IMG/VR virus record: IMGVR_UViG_3300002835_000041 | Coordinates: 32,001-96,000 of that record | Length of the DNA: 64,000 nucleotides | Strand: one strand, 5' to 3' | DNA from: a virus | In this document: positions 19,202 through 27,645 of the stretch, piece after piece | Numbering within the stretch: position 1 is the stretch's first letter | How the letters are laid out: each line of letters starts with the position of its first letter | The notes under the pieces: model-generated | What the model was told of the DNA's origin: nothing | The model's database searches: none | Seen by the model: only the letters and a program-made list of their open reading frames with translations | Program-made: the position numbers and the translations under genes

Positions 19202-19405
19202 ATGAATGTATCTAAACAAAGATCAGCACTAAAGGCTATTACATGGCGTATAATTGGAACAGCAGATACATTTGCTATTGCTTGGCTTATAACCAAAGAG
19301 CCAGTTACAGCAGGTGCAATCGCAAGTTTCGAGGTAGTTACAAAAACAATCCTTTATTACTTCCATGAGCGTGGTTGGAATAAAGTTAAATGGGGGAGAA
19401 AATAA
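19202..19405 (+). CDS. DUF2061 membrane protein
   Basis: RSALKAITWR..YYFHERGWNK. Confidence 0.75.
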   Translation: MNVSKQRSALKAITWRIIGTADTFAIAWLITKEPVTAGAIASFEVVTKTILYYFHERGWNKVKWGRK

Positions 19406-19812
19406 TGTTTGAATATTATGTAAAGAAAGTAACAAAGGTAGTTGATGGAGATACCATTGATGTCGATATTGATTTAGGGTTTGACATCTCTTTTAGTTCA
19501 AGAGTCAGGCTGGCTGGTATTGATACACCTGAGTCTCGTACAACAGACAAGGCTGAAAAGGCTTTAGGACTGGAAGCAAAGGCTTATTTAAAGGCTGCTA
19601 TTGACAGTGCTAAGTCTGTAGTGATCAAGACAGAGAAGATGGACTCATCAGAAAAGTATGGTCGCATCCTTGGTTGGGTATACCTTGATGGGGATACCGT
19701 TTCAATCAATGACAAGATGATCAATGATGGCCATGCCTGGGGCTATATGGGAGAGACAAAGGTCAAAGATTTCGCTGCACTTGCAAAGGCCAGAAAGAAG
19801 TCTGGCAAGTGA
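19405..19812 (+). CDS. thermonuclease (SNase-like)
   Basis: VVDGDTI, RLAGIDTPE, KYGRILG. Confidence 0.85.
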   Translation: MFEYYVKKVTKVVDGDTIDVDIDLGFDISFSSRVRLAGIDTPESRTTDKAEKALGLEAKAYLKAAIDSAKSVVIKTEKMDSSEKYGRILGWVYLDGDTVSINDKMINDGHAWGYMGETKVKDFAALAKARKKSGK

Positions 19813-20141
19813 GTGATGACTTTGATATTGTTGACAACCTAGTTTTAAATGGTGGCCTAGAGTTTGCAGGTAAAGACTCTGAGACTGGAGAGCCATTGTA
19901 TAAGCCTACAGAGAGGCTTAAAGATATTGATGCTAGGCTTAGCGAGGACTTGTCTGCATATTTTTCAGAGGTAACTTTAAAACTTTGGGAAAAAGGTTTC
20001 CTTGACATGAATATAACAGAGAAAGATCCTTTGGTAAAGTTAGGACCAAAAGGCTTTGATGCTTTAGCCATAAAGTCTTTACCAAAAGATGAGAGAGTAG
20101 TCATTGAAGAAATAGTGAAGGCTCTTTTTAACAAAAACTGA
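19809..20141 (+). CDS. hypothetical protein
   Basis: GTGA-overlapping ORF. Confidence 0.55.
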   Translation: MSDDFDIVDNLVLNGGLEFAGKDSETGEPLYKPTERLKDIDARLSEDLSAYFSEVTLKLWEKGFLDMNITEKDPLVKLGPKGFDALAIKSLPKDERVVIEEIVKALFNKN

Positions 20142-20165
20142 TATACTGGGTGTCTAGGAGTATTT

Positions 20166-20582
20166 ATGAATAATTTTTATGGTGCTATTGGGACAACTCT
20201 AACTATCATTTTGCTATTATACATATACATCCTGAGAAATAATATAAGGAATAATCGGCAGCCTATAATTAGTCAGTCAATGTTGCAGCACCGATATAGC
20301 AATAGAAAAAATAATGCAAGAAGAATAAAGGTTAAAACTCAGGCAAACCTTCATTATGATAAAACAAACATAAAGGTTATTATTTTTGATAATGATGCGT
20401 ACTGGATCAAGGACAATATTTTTTATAAAGCACCACTAGTTGATGAACTTATCGATAAGGAAGCAGCAGAACAAGTTGACACGATACACATGGATAAGGT
20501 ACAATTAGACAAGATGTTATTCATAATGGATAAATTAAGAGAAGGGATTGGCAATGATAGTAGGAGTTCAGGGGACCAGTAG
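20166..20582 (+). CDS. hypothetical protein with N-terminal TM helix
   Basis: Hydrophobic N-terminus. Confidence 0.55.
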   Translation: MNNFYGAIGTTLTIILLLYIYILRNNIRNNRQPIISQSMLQHRYSNRKNNARRIKVKTQANLHYDKTNIKVIIFDNDAYWIKDNIFYKAPLVDELIDKEAAEQVDTIHMDKVQLDKMLFIMDKLREGIGNDSRSSGDQ

Positions 20583-20904
20583 TTTTGATGACTACCAGAT
20601 CTTCCTTAGATCTATGGCTGTTGCCTTATCTGAATTAACAGAAGAAGATAAAGAATTTTATCTATATTCTGCAGGACCAGAAAACATTAATATGATGGCC
20701 ATGGAGTTTGTTAACTTATCAGAAAGAGGCTTAAAGTCTCGTGGTAAAAGTATTAAGTATAAGCCTGTCCCACATTGGTGGATTGAAACAAATATTTCAG
20801 AGTTAAATCATTTTGCTTTTTTATGTAAACCAAAAGAGCCAATGTCTAAACTTGTTCATTTTTCAAAACTAAACAACATCAATACAAATGTATATAATTT
20901 TTAA
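20554..20904 (+). CDS. hypothetical protein (SLOG/YspA-like)
   Basis: MIVGVQGTSSFDDY resembles the SLOG N-terminal motif. Confidence 0.4.
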   Translation: MIVGVQGTSSFDDYQIFLRSMAVALSELTEEDKEFYLYSAGPENINMMAMEFVNLSERGLKSRGKSIKYKPVPHWWIETNISELNHFAFLCKPKEPMSKLVHFSKLNNINTNVYNF

Positions 20905-20954
20905 ATAGAATATACATAAGCCAGTGCTTTGCACACAAACAGAACGGAAACACT

Positions 20955-21167
20955 ATGAAGTTAATTAATTCTTTAGAGACTATGGAATCAATAGTCAACA
21001 AGAACAGACAACTGTCTTGGGATGGATGGACAGTAGTGGAAACATTTCCATCAGAGAAGGCATACTTTTCAAAGTTTGGCATTTATAAAAACAACAAATG
21101 GCAAATGAAAAAAGAGTTTGTTCCTTCTAATCTAGGTTGGGAAATTCCTGATAAGTATGTGATCTAA
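20955..21167 (+). CDS. hypothetical protein
   Basis: ORF in operon. Confidence 0.55.
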   Translation: MKLINSLETMESIVNKNRQLSWDGWTVVETFPSEKAYFSKFGIYKNNKWQMKKEFVPSNLGWEIPDKYVI

Positions 21168-21449
21168 TTGAATAAATTTAAATGGAAAGACAACGCTGTT
21201 TGTTTAGATTATGACACAAATTTATTCTTTGACAAATATGAAGATGATGAAATACTAAGGCCAGCAATAGATGCTTTATGCTTTTCCTGCCCAGTAAGAA
21301 AAGAATGTTTTTCTGTTGGAATTTCAGGTAAAGAGTGGGGTGTTTGGGGCGGGGTATACTTAGAAAATGGAGAGATATCAAAAGAATTCTCTAGCCACAA
21401 GAGTAAAAATGACTGGGGAATGACATGGCAATCATTAACAATGGAGTAA
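21168..21449 (+). CDS. whiB: WhiB-family Fe-S transcription factor
   Basis: C..CxxCPVRKEC..GVWGG. Confidence 0.9.
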   Translation: MNKFKWKDNAVCLDYDTNLFFDKYEDDEILRPAIDALCFSCPVRKECFSVGISGKEWGVWGGVYLENGEISKEFSSHKSKNDWGMTWQSLTME

Positions 21450-21450
21450 T

Positions 21451-21690
21451 ATGTACACAGACGCAATGAGAAGAGCATTTAGATCACTTCATGCTCCTAA
21501 TAATTTTTCTTTACAGATTATAGATAATGATGACTTTATAACAGTAAAAGCAAAAGAAAAAGACTTTATGTCTTTAGAGACTGTGGAGTTAAAAAAGCAG
21601 GCTATTGAATATATGATTCGTGTAAAGAAGGCACTAGAGGATAACGGAGCAATTGTTCTTCTAGTTAGAGAGGGTGGCAAAGAACTATGA
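21451..21690 (+). CDS. hypothetical protein
   Basis: ORF in operon. Confidence 0.55.
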   Translation: MYTDAMRRAFRSLHAPNNFSLQIIDNDDFITVKAKEKDFMSLETVELKKQAIEYMIRVKKALEDNGAIVLLVREGGKEL

Positions 21691-22094
21691 TCCAGCCGAT
21701 ATTGTTAGTTATTTTATCAGTCACATCTACGGTATTAGGTTTTCTTTTTTACATTCAAAGAAAAAAGACTATACAGATAGTTGCCAATATGCTAGATTTT
21801 ATGATGATCCAGGAAGCACAAAAACAAGAAACAAAAACAGAGCAAGAACAGTCTAATGAAGACTTTTTAAAATTTATTTCAGATTCTCGTGACTGGGCAT
21901 ACACCTATATAGACGAAGTGCAAGCATCTTTAAATAAGTTTATTAGTGATATTGAGCCAGAGATTAGTTATTTTAAAGAGTATGGGGATGTCGGATCTAT
22001 GGCTCCCAACTACTACTCTATGAAAAAAATCACTGGAGCATATGAAGAACTAAAGAAACTGCTACCAGAAGACTATGGTAAAATAGATACATGA
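21687..22094 (+). CDS. hypothetical membrane-anchored protein
   Basis: N-terminal TM helix. Confidence 0.55.
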   Translation: MIQPILLVILSVTSTVLGFLFYIQRKKTIQIVANMLDFMMIQEAQKQETKTEQEQSNEDFLKFISDSRDWAYTYIDEVQASLNKFISDIEPEISYFKEYGDVGSMAPNYYSMKKITGAYEELKKLLPEDYGKIDT

Positions 22095-22693
22095 TTAATG
22101 ATCCATCAAACAAAGATGAAGTCTATTTAAAAAATGTTGAAAAAATAGGAAGTTCTTCAGAAAACATTCGATATATAGAAAATATCTTGTCTGAAGAAGA
22201 GCACACAGTTTTACTTGAGTATGTAAAGGCCCGTAAAGAATGGGTTCACGAGCCATGGGATGCCGAGACTGTTGGTCCAGACCAGATGCCACAAGACATT
22301 TTAAATATGTTAGAAAAAATATTTGTATTTGTTCAAAATACTGCCACAGATTTTTATGATGTAAAGATTAATGATTTTAAAAGGGACAACCTTGTTTTAA
22401 TTAAGTTTCCACGGGGTCTTGTTTTATATCCACATATAGATACAGATTCAGTAGAATCAAATCACATTGCATCGATATACTATATTAATGACGACTATGT
22501 TGGCGGAGAGATAAACTTTCCAGATTACAATGTAAAGATTCATCCAAAGCCTAACAGTGTTGTTTTCTTTCCTGGCAATGAAAATTACTTACATGAAGTC
22601 CTTACGATTCGAAGTGGAGACCGATATAGCACATCTATGTGGTTTCAGTTTACTGGTTCTACTTTTAACAAAAATGCAGAATGGTATAAATAA
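22091..22693 (+). CDS. prolyl-4-hydroxylase-like 2OG-Fe(II) oxygenase
   Basis: HID, YINDDYVGGEINF, HEV..GDRYS. Confidence 0.85.
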   Translation: MINDPSNKDEVYLKNVEKIGSSSENIRYIENILSEEEHTVLLEYVKARKEWVHEPWDAETVGPDQMPQDILNMLEKIFVFVQNTATDFYDVKINDFKRDNLVLIKFPRGLVLYPHIDTDSVESNHIASIYYINDDYVGGEINFPDYNVKIHPKPNSVVFFPGNENYLHEVLTIRSGDRYSTSMWFQFTGSTFNKNAEWYK

Positions 22694-22695
22694 AA

Positions 22696-23247
22696 ATGAC
22701 AATATCTGAATTAGGAAATTCTGTAGACAATATACAAATTACAGAAAATGTTTTATCTATAGAAGAGCATAGACAACTTCTTTATTATACAACCAATCTT
22801 GATTCTTGGGTTACTCAGCCTTGGGGTGTTAAATTTTTTAAAGATGGACTGCCAGAACAAATCATCAGTATATTAGAAAAAGTTTTTAGGATTGCCGATA
22901 AAAAATGCAGAGAAACCTACAATGTAAGTCTTAATGTTTTTGAAAGAAAAGAAGTACACCTGATTAAGTTTGAAAAAGGCTACAAGATGAATGAGCATGC
23001 AGATACTACGGGGGATTTTGCAGCAATATACTATATTAACGATGACTATGAAGGAGGAGAAATAAACTTTACAGATCATAATCTTAAGATTAAGCCAAAG
23101 TCTAATAGTCTTATTACATTTCCCAGCAATGAAAACTACTGGCACGAAGTTCTTGAAAATACTGTAAAAGAAAGATACTCCTCTACTCTATGGTTTACAA
23201 TTGAAGGATCTAGCCGTGTAAGACCCGAAAGTGGACTGGTCAGATGA
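22696..23247 (+). CDS. prolyl-4-hydroxylase-like 2OG-Fe(II) oxygenase (tandem paralogue)
   Basis: HAD, YINDDYEGGEINF, HEV..ERYS. Confidence 0.85.
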   Translation: MTISELGNSVDNIQITENVLSIEEHRQLLYYTTNLDSWVTQPWGVKFFKDGLPEQIISILEKVFRIADKKCRETYNVSLNVFERKEVHLIKFEKGYKMNEHADTTGDFAAIYYINDDYEGGEINFTDHNLKIKPKSNSLITFPSNENYWHEVLENTVKERYSSTLWFTIEGSSRVRPESGLVR

Positions 23248-23408
23248 TAAAATTCAAGCCATATGAGGATCGTGCATTTGATGCGTTCTATTCATGCAAT
23301 GTATCTGAGTGTGAACTTGAAGCAGAAAAAATATACGGAACAGAGACATCGATTGTTGATGTTTGTTTAAATCATTATAAAGAATTATCAGAAAAAGGTT
23401 ATCGATGA
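23244..23408 (+). CDS. small Zn-binding hypothetical protein
   Basis: Read manually: MIKFKPYEDRAFDAFYSCNVSEC..VCLNHYKEL. Confidence 0.5.
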   Translation: MIKFKPYEDRAFDAFYSCNVSECELEAEKIYGTETSIVDVCLNHYKELSEKGYR

Positions 23409-23563
23409 AAGATGTTATCTTGTCAACACTAACAGGTTTTGGATGTGGCGTAGTATTTGCCGCATTCAAATTACCAGTCCCAGCACCACCAGTTTTTGCG
23501 GGAGTCGCAGGAATTATTGGTCTATGGATTGGATTCACAGCACTAACAAAAATAATATCCTAG
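23405..23563 (+). CDS. XapX/DUF1427-like membrane protein
   Basis: Read manually: ..FAAFKLPVPAPPVFAGVAGIIGLWIG.. Confidence 0.65.
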   Translation: MKDVILSTLTGFGCGVVFAAFKLPVPAPPVFAGVAGIIGLWIGFTALTKIIS

Positions 23564-23573
23564 GAGGAAAATT

Positions 23574-23843
23574 ATGAATGAACAAATTAAAAGAGCACTA
23601 GCGTCATATGGAAGATCAGTTCTTGGAGCAGCAACAGCAATGTATGCCTCTGGAGTGACAGATCCACAGACACTAGCATACTCACTACTTGGAGCACTTG
23701 TCCCCGTAGTATTGAGAGCAGCCAACCCTAATGACTTGGCATTTGGCAAGATGCCAGATGTTAAAGAGGTTGAGGTAGCACTAAAGACTGCTAAGGTAGT
23801 TAAGAAGGCACCAGCAAAGAAAACAGCAGTAAAAAAGAAGTAG
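23574..23843 (+). CDS. hypothetical membrane-associated protein
   Basis: Strong SD GGAGG; hydrophobic core and Lys-rich tail. Confidence 0.6.
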   Translation: MNEQIKRALASYGRSVLGAATAMYASGVTDPQTLAYSLLGALVPVVLRAANPNDLAFGKMPDVKEVEVALKTAKVVKKAPAKKTAVKKK

Positions 23844-23938
23844 TATAATAGATACTATTCCGCTATGAGACTTTAAAAGGTTTTACAACGGATGTTCCCT
23901 TGATGGGAAAGTTAGCAGGAGTTGAATCTTCGTGGCTA

Positions 23939-23969
23939 ATAGACCTGAGCAGTCGTCTATAAACTGCTC
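23939..23969 (+). ncRNA. H-type pseudoknot element, copy 2
   Basis: ATAGAC-CT-GAGCA-GTC-GTCTAT-AAAC-TGCTC. Confidence 0.6.
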
Positions 23970-24043
23970 ATTTCTTATGCTATAATATTAATACCTGCCC
24001 AAATGGGGGGTAAATTAACTTATTCGCTTGAAAGGGGAATAAA

Positions 24044-24448
24044 ATGGTAAAAACAGCATTGGATCTTTTTAATGATCCATTTTTCAATACCTTCTCAAAT
24101 CTACAGAAGGTAACAACAACAACAAACTATCCACCTTATAACCAAATCAAACTAAATGATACAGAGTATATTCTTTCATTTGCTTTGGCTGGATTTTCTA
24201 AGGATGATGTCTCAGTATCGCTAGACAATCGCAAACTTACAATCAAGGGCGAAAAGCAGGATGCTGAGTTACCAGAGGGTGCAGAGTATCTACATAAGGG
24301 CATTGCTGCTCGTAAGTTTACTGATATCTTTACCCTTCCTGAGTTTGTTGAGGTGGTTGGGGCTGAGTTTAAGGATGGTATCTTAGATATCAAACTTGAG
24401 AAGCAGATCCCAGAAGACAAACTACCAAAAACAATCGCAATTAAGTAG
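24044..24448 (+). CDS. Hsp20 small heat-shock protein
   Basis: NYPPYN, ALAGF, YLHKGIAARKF, FKDGILDI. Confidence 0.92.
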   Translation: MVKTALDLFNDPFFNTFSNLQKVTTTTNYPPYNQIKLNDTEYILSFALAGFSKDDVSVSLDNRKLTIKGEKQDAELPEGAEYLHKGIAARKFTDIFTLPEFVEVVGAEFKDGILDIKLEKQIPEDKLPKTIAIK

Positions 24449-24572
24449 TACAATATAAATGTCCCCACACAGGACCTTAGTGATGGATTAGTTACCCATT
24501 GGATAGAGACCGTGGCGCAAGTCAGGTGAATTGCCTGTGTGGGGCTTAATATTTCACGGTATAATATAAGCA

Positions 24573-24845
24573 ATGACTGACAAAGAGTTAGACCATTATA
24601 ACAAGCAAGAGTTTAAGAGGATGCTTGCCAAAATAAAGGAAGATTCTGGCTGTGTAGACTGTGGTGTTGGTAACCATATAATTCTAGACTTTGATCATAT
24701 AAGAGACAAGAAATATAATATATCTAGAATGATCCATGATGGTTTTTCATGGAAGGCTATCAAGAAAGAGATTGAAAAGTGTGAGGTGGTTTGTGCTAAC
24801 TGCCACAGGATCAGGACACACAACAGGCTTAACGGTATGATATAA
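24573..24845 (+). CDS. HNH endonuclease-like protein
   Basis: CVDCG..FDH..CEVVCANCHRIRT. Confidence 0.75.
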   Translation: MTDKELDHYNKQEFKRMLAKIKEDSGCVDCGVGNHIILDFDHIRDKKYNISRMIHDGFSWKAIKKEIEKCEVVCANCHRIRTHNRLNGMI

Positions 24846-24852
24846 TTATATA

Positions 24853-24981
24853 ATGCCAAAGAAAAAAGCAACAGCGTTTAATCCTATTCAGATTAAAGAT
24901 GGATGGATTGTTAGACTATACAAAGATGGTCGTATTAAATCTAAGATTGAACCCTACGAACCAAAGCATCCTAAAAAATAA
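24853..24981 (+). CDS. small basic hypothetical protein
   Basis: Leaderless; MPKKKATAFNPIQIKDGWIVRLYKDGRIKSKIEPYEPKHPKK. Confidence 0.5.
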   Translation: MPKKKATAFNPIQIKDGWIVRLYKDGRIKSKIEPYEPKHPKK

Positions 24982-24983
24982 AT

Positions 24984-25379
24984 TTATTTTGTAAGTTTGT
25001 ATGAATAACGGAAACCAATTTTTCCTATATACTTTGACAATCCAGGATAGTATCCATCGAAAAACATTATGTATCTTGGGTGAGTAGAGCATATAAAAGC
25101 AAGTTTTTCAGCATTATTTTTATCTATAGTAAAAAACCAATCATAAAAATGTTTTATTAAAGCATCAAAACCATTTTCTGCAAGTTTACTTTCTACTGGA
25201 ACATTGTATTTAACTAACTCACCAAGCATTATTGTTAGATCAGTTGCTTCTTTAGCCATTACAGACCAATCATCTTTAGAATATGTAGATAGTCTTTCTT
25301 TGCATGCCACAACATTCTGACTGTCTGGCTCTCCCACCATCAATTCTTTCCATAGATCCTTGCATGTTATTGTTTCCAT
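24984..25379 (-). CDS. TipAS-like antibiotic-recognition domain protein
   Basis: YSKDDW..HFYDWFF..HPRYIMFFDGYYPGLSKYI pattern; start moved out of tRNA-Arg. Confidence 0.55.
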   Translation of the reverse strand: METITCKDLWKELMVGEPDSQNVVACKERLSTYSKDDWSVMAKEATDLTIMLGELVKYNVPVESKLAENGFDALIKHFYDWFFTIDKNNAEKLAFICSTHPRYIMFFDGYYPGLSKYIGKIGFRYSYKLTK

Positions 25380-25407
25380 GCAGTAATTATACACCACAAA
25401 TGATTTG

Positions 25408-25480
25408 TACCCCTGGCAAGAATCGAACTTGCGACGCATGGCTTAGAAGTCCATCGTTCTGTCCACTGAACTACAGAGGT
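25408..25480 (-). tRNA. trnR: tRNA-Arg(TCT)
   Basis: Acceptor ACCTCTG/CAGGGGT, loop CTTCTAA, T-arm GCAAG-TTCGATT-CTTGC. Confidence 0.9.
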
Positions 25481-25484
25481 ATTG

Positions 25485-25557
25485 TATCTCCAACGGAATT
25501 CGAATCCGTGTTGCTGCCGTGAAAGGGCAGAGTCCTAGGCCACTAGACGATGAAGAC
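25485..25557 (-). tRNA. trnE: tRNA-Glu(TTC)
   Basis: Acceptor GTCTTCA/TGGAGAT, arm CTGCC-CTTTCAC-GGCAG. Confidence 0.92.
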
Positions 25558-25561
25558 AGAG

Positions 25562-25635
25562 TACACCAGGTAGGACTTGAACCTACGATAACCGAATTAT
25601 GAGTTCGGGGCCTTAACCAACTTGGCTACTGGTGC
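25562..25635 (-). tRNA. tRNA-CAT (elongator Met or Ile2)
   Basis: Arm CCGAA-CTCATAA-TTCGG; lacks initiator GGG/CCC anticodon stem. Confidence 0.85.
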
Positions 25636-26128
25636 TAGACCTTATTTAATTAGTAAGCCAAAAAATGTACCAAGCAAAAAACATAGGATTCCGAAAGTCG
25701 AATAGTAATATGTTTTCATATGTTGATTAATAATGTAACGCTTTAGTTCTTTTGATATGTTATTTAATTCATCTTGATCTACCAATTATATATCTCCTAA
25801 ATATTTTGAGATGCTTGGAACATAGACTGACCAATAATTTCTGATCTCAGAGCAGCCTGTTGTCTTTCAAATTTAGATAAGTGTGGCTTGGCCTGAACTC
25901 TTTTTTTATTTTTGTTTGCTCTTTTAATCTTATGCTGAGAAACTTTATTGTTTGATTTTTTCATTAGATCACTGGCTTTCTGCTACTTTGTCACAAGGAC
26001 AAATTATGGACTCTGGGAGTTCGTGAACCTTGGTTACAATAGTAATCATGGTTTCACACTCAACACACTTATATACTTTCTTAATTCGTTTGCTCATAAA
26101 CTAATCATACCATACTGAGGTATGTGTG

Positions 26129-26596
26129 TCAAGATTTGTTTCCATCCCAAGTCCCAATCTTTGTGGTAGGGATTCCGTGCTCTTCCCAAAGCCTAATAAC
26201 ATTTGGATTGTCATCTACGGCATGAAGAATATTCCAATGTTTCTTAATCTGAGTTAAGATATCTTTTTTTACTTCATAGTCTGGCCTATTGTCATCATCT
26301 TTACGCATGTACAGTGCGTGATGGCCGATGTCGTTTTTAGCAAGCCAGCGAGAGGTTAGTCCACGCCAATTTTCTTTTCTTGATGTGACAATTATAATGT
26401 GTCTTTGATCAAAGAATGCCTCATTAAGCATTTGAACTACTTCAAAGTTTGGCAGGGCATCGATAGAAGCCTCATGAAAGGCATCGTAATCCCTATTAGG
26501 ACCACGAACAAGGTGAAGGTATGGATCTACATTGGCTAAGGTGCCATCTACATCAAAGATGACTCCTGGGGTTACAGGACTAGTTCTGATCAACAT
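26129..26596 (-). CDS. HAD-family polynucleotide 3'-phosphatase-like protein
   Basis: FDVDGTL, VTSR, RPDYEVK, AVDD. Confidence 0.8.
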   Translation of the reverse strand: MLIRTSPVTPGVIFDVDGTLANVDPYLHLVRGPNRDYDAFHEASIDALPNFEVVQMLNEAFFDQRHIIIVTSRKENWRGLTSRWLAKNDIGHHALYMRKDDDNRPDYEVKKDILTQIKKHWNILHAVDDNPNVIRLWEEHGIPTTKIGTWDGNKS

Positions 26597-26895
26597 GATA
26601 TGTCATAACAAAGTAGCATACGGCATAGCCCACTAGGAATGCTGGAATTAAAAAGAAAATGCTAATCATTCAAAGTCCACCTGTGTTTCAAAAATTTTAG
26701 TCATATAGTTATCCTCTCCTCTTGCAATTTTTGCAGCAGCAATACGCATACCTAAAGCATTTGTAACTGAAGAGTCAATTGGCAACGATTCTATTTCCCT
26801 TGCTATCTCTTCTCGTAATGTCATTTCATCTATACTCATACTTCAATTATACCCTACTTGGCAGGGTATGTCAAAACAAGTGATATAATAATCTT

Positions 26896-27141
26896 ATGAC
26901 AACACCACCAAACTATCAAGGACTATATAACAATGGAGCACTTTATGCCATTGGAGACACAGTTATTACTGATGGAGATCCATACGGTATTGACGGAGCG
27001 TACTTCATTCGAATTAGCAACCCTGGTAATCCAGGATATCCACCTGCAGTGGGTGGAGGAAGTAACGATAACTGGGCACCGTATGGTGTCAAGTCAGTAA
27101 CTGGATCTGGATCTGTGACAGGATCAGGCGCAATAGCCTAA
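26896..27141 (+). CDS. small carbohydrate-binding-module-like protein
   Basis: YAIGDTV..Y..NPGYPP..W CBM5/12-like pattern; leaderless. Confidence 0.45.
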   Translation: MTTPPNYQGLYNNGALYAIGDTVITDGDPYGIDGAYFIRISNPGNPGYPPAVGGGSNDNWAPYGVKSVTGSGSVTGSGAIA

Positions 27142-27506
27142 TCTTTATCCCAGTAGGCTTTACCAAACTCATCAAGGTCATCCCAGCCTGAATCAGACAT
27201 GTCAATCTTCATTTTTTCTAAACTTTTCTTCCACGCATCCATATCAATCATATAGTATGTTCCCCACCATTCGTAGGGTTTATTAAGATATTTCCACATA
27301 AAAGCATGGTACTTATATCTCCACCCATACTCTTCGTCTTCGTCCATATTCACACACTTAACAATATGGTTACCAGCAAACTCTCCACACATATTGCCTA
27401 TCCATCGTAATGGCAGTATCTTAGTTCTTTGTGTCTTCGTTGAATGATTTATCATCTTTAGGTACCCAGACTTTCTTTCCATCTTTCCATACAGGCCAAT
27501 AGCCAA
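27138..27506 (-). CDS. hypothetical protein
   Basis: ORF track; start uncertain. Confidence 0.5.
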   Translation of the reverse strand: MAIGLYGKMERKSGYLKMINHSTKTQRTKILPLRWIGNMCGEFAGNHIVKCVNMDEDEEYGWRYKYHAFMWKYLNKPYEWWGTYYMIDMDAWKKSLEKMKIDMSDSGWDDLDEFGKAYWDKD

Positions 27507-27645
27507 GACTACGCCAGTCCATGGTCATTATCTTAGGATCTTTTGGCATTGACACACCAAATCTTTCCATCACTCATTGTTTGATGGGCATTCCAGAACC
27601 AATCGGATTCTTTGCTTAGGCTACATACTTCACATTGATCAACAT

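Noticed and set aside
25304-25522. Plus-strand ORF and the extended N-terminus of 24984..25439
   Set aside because: They overlap well-formed minus-strand tRNA genes.
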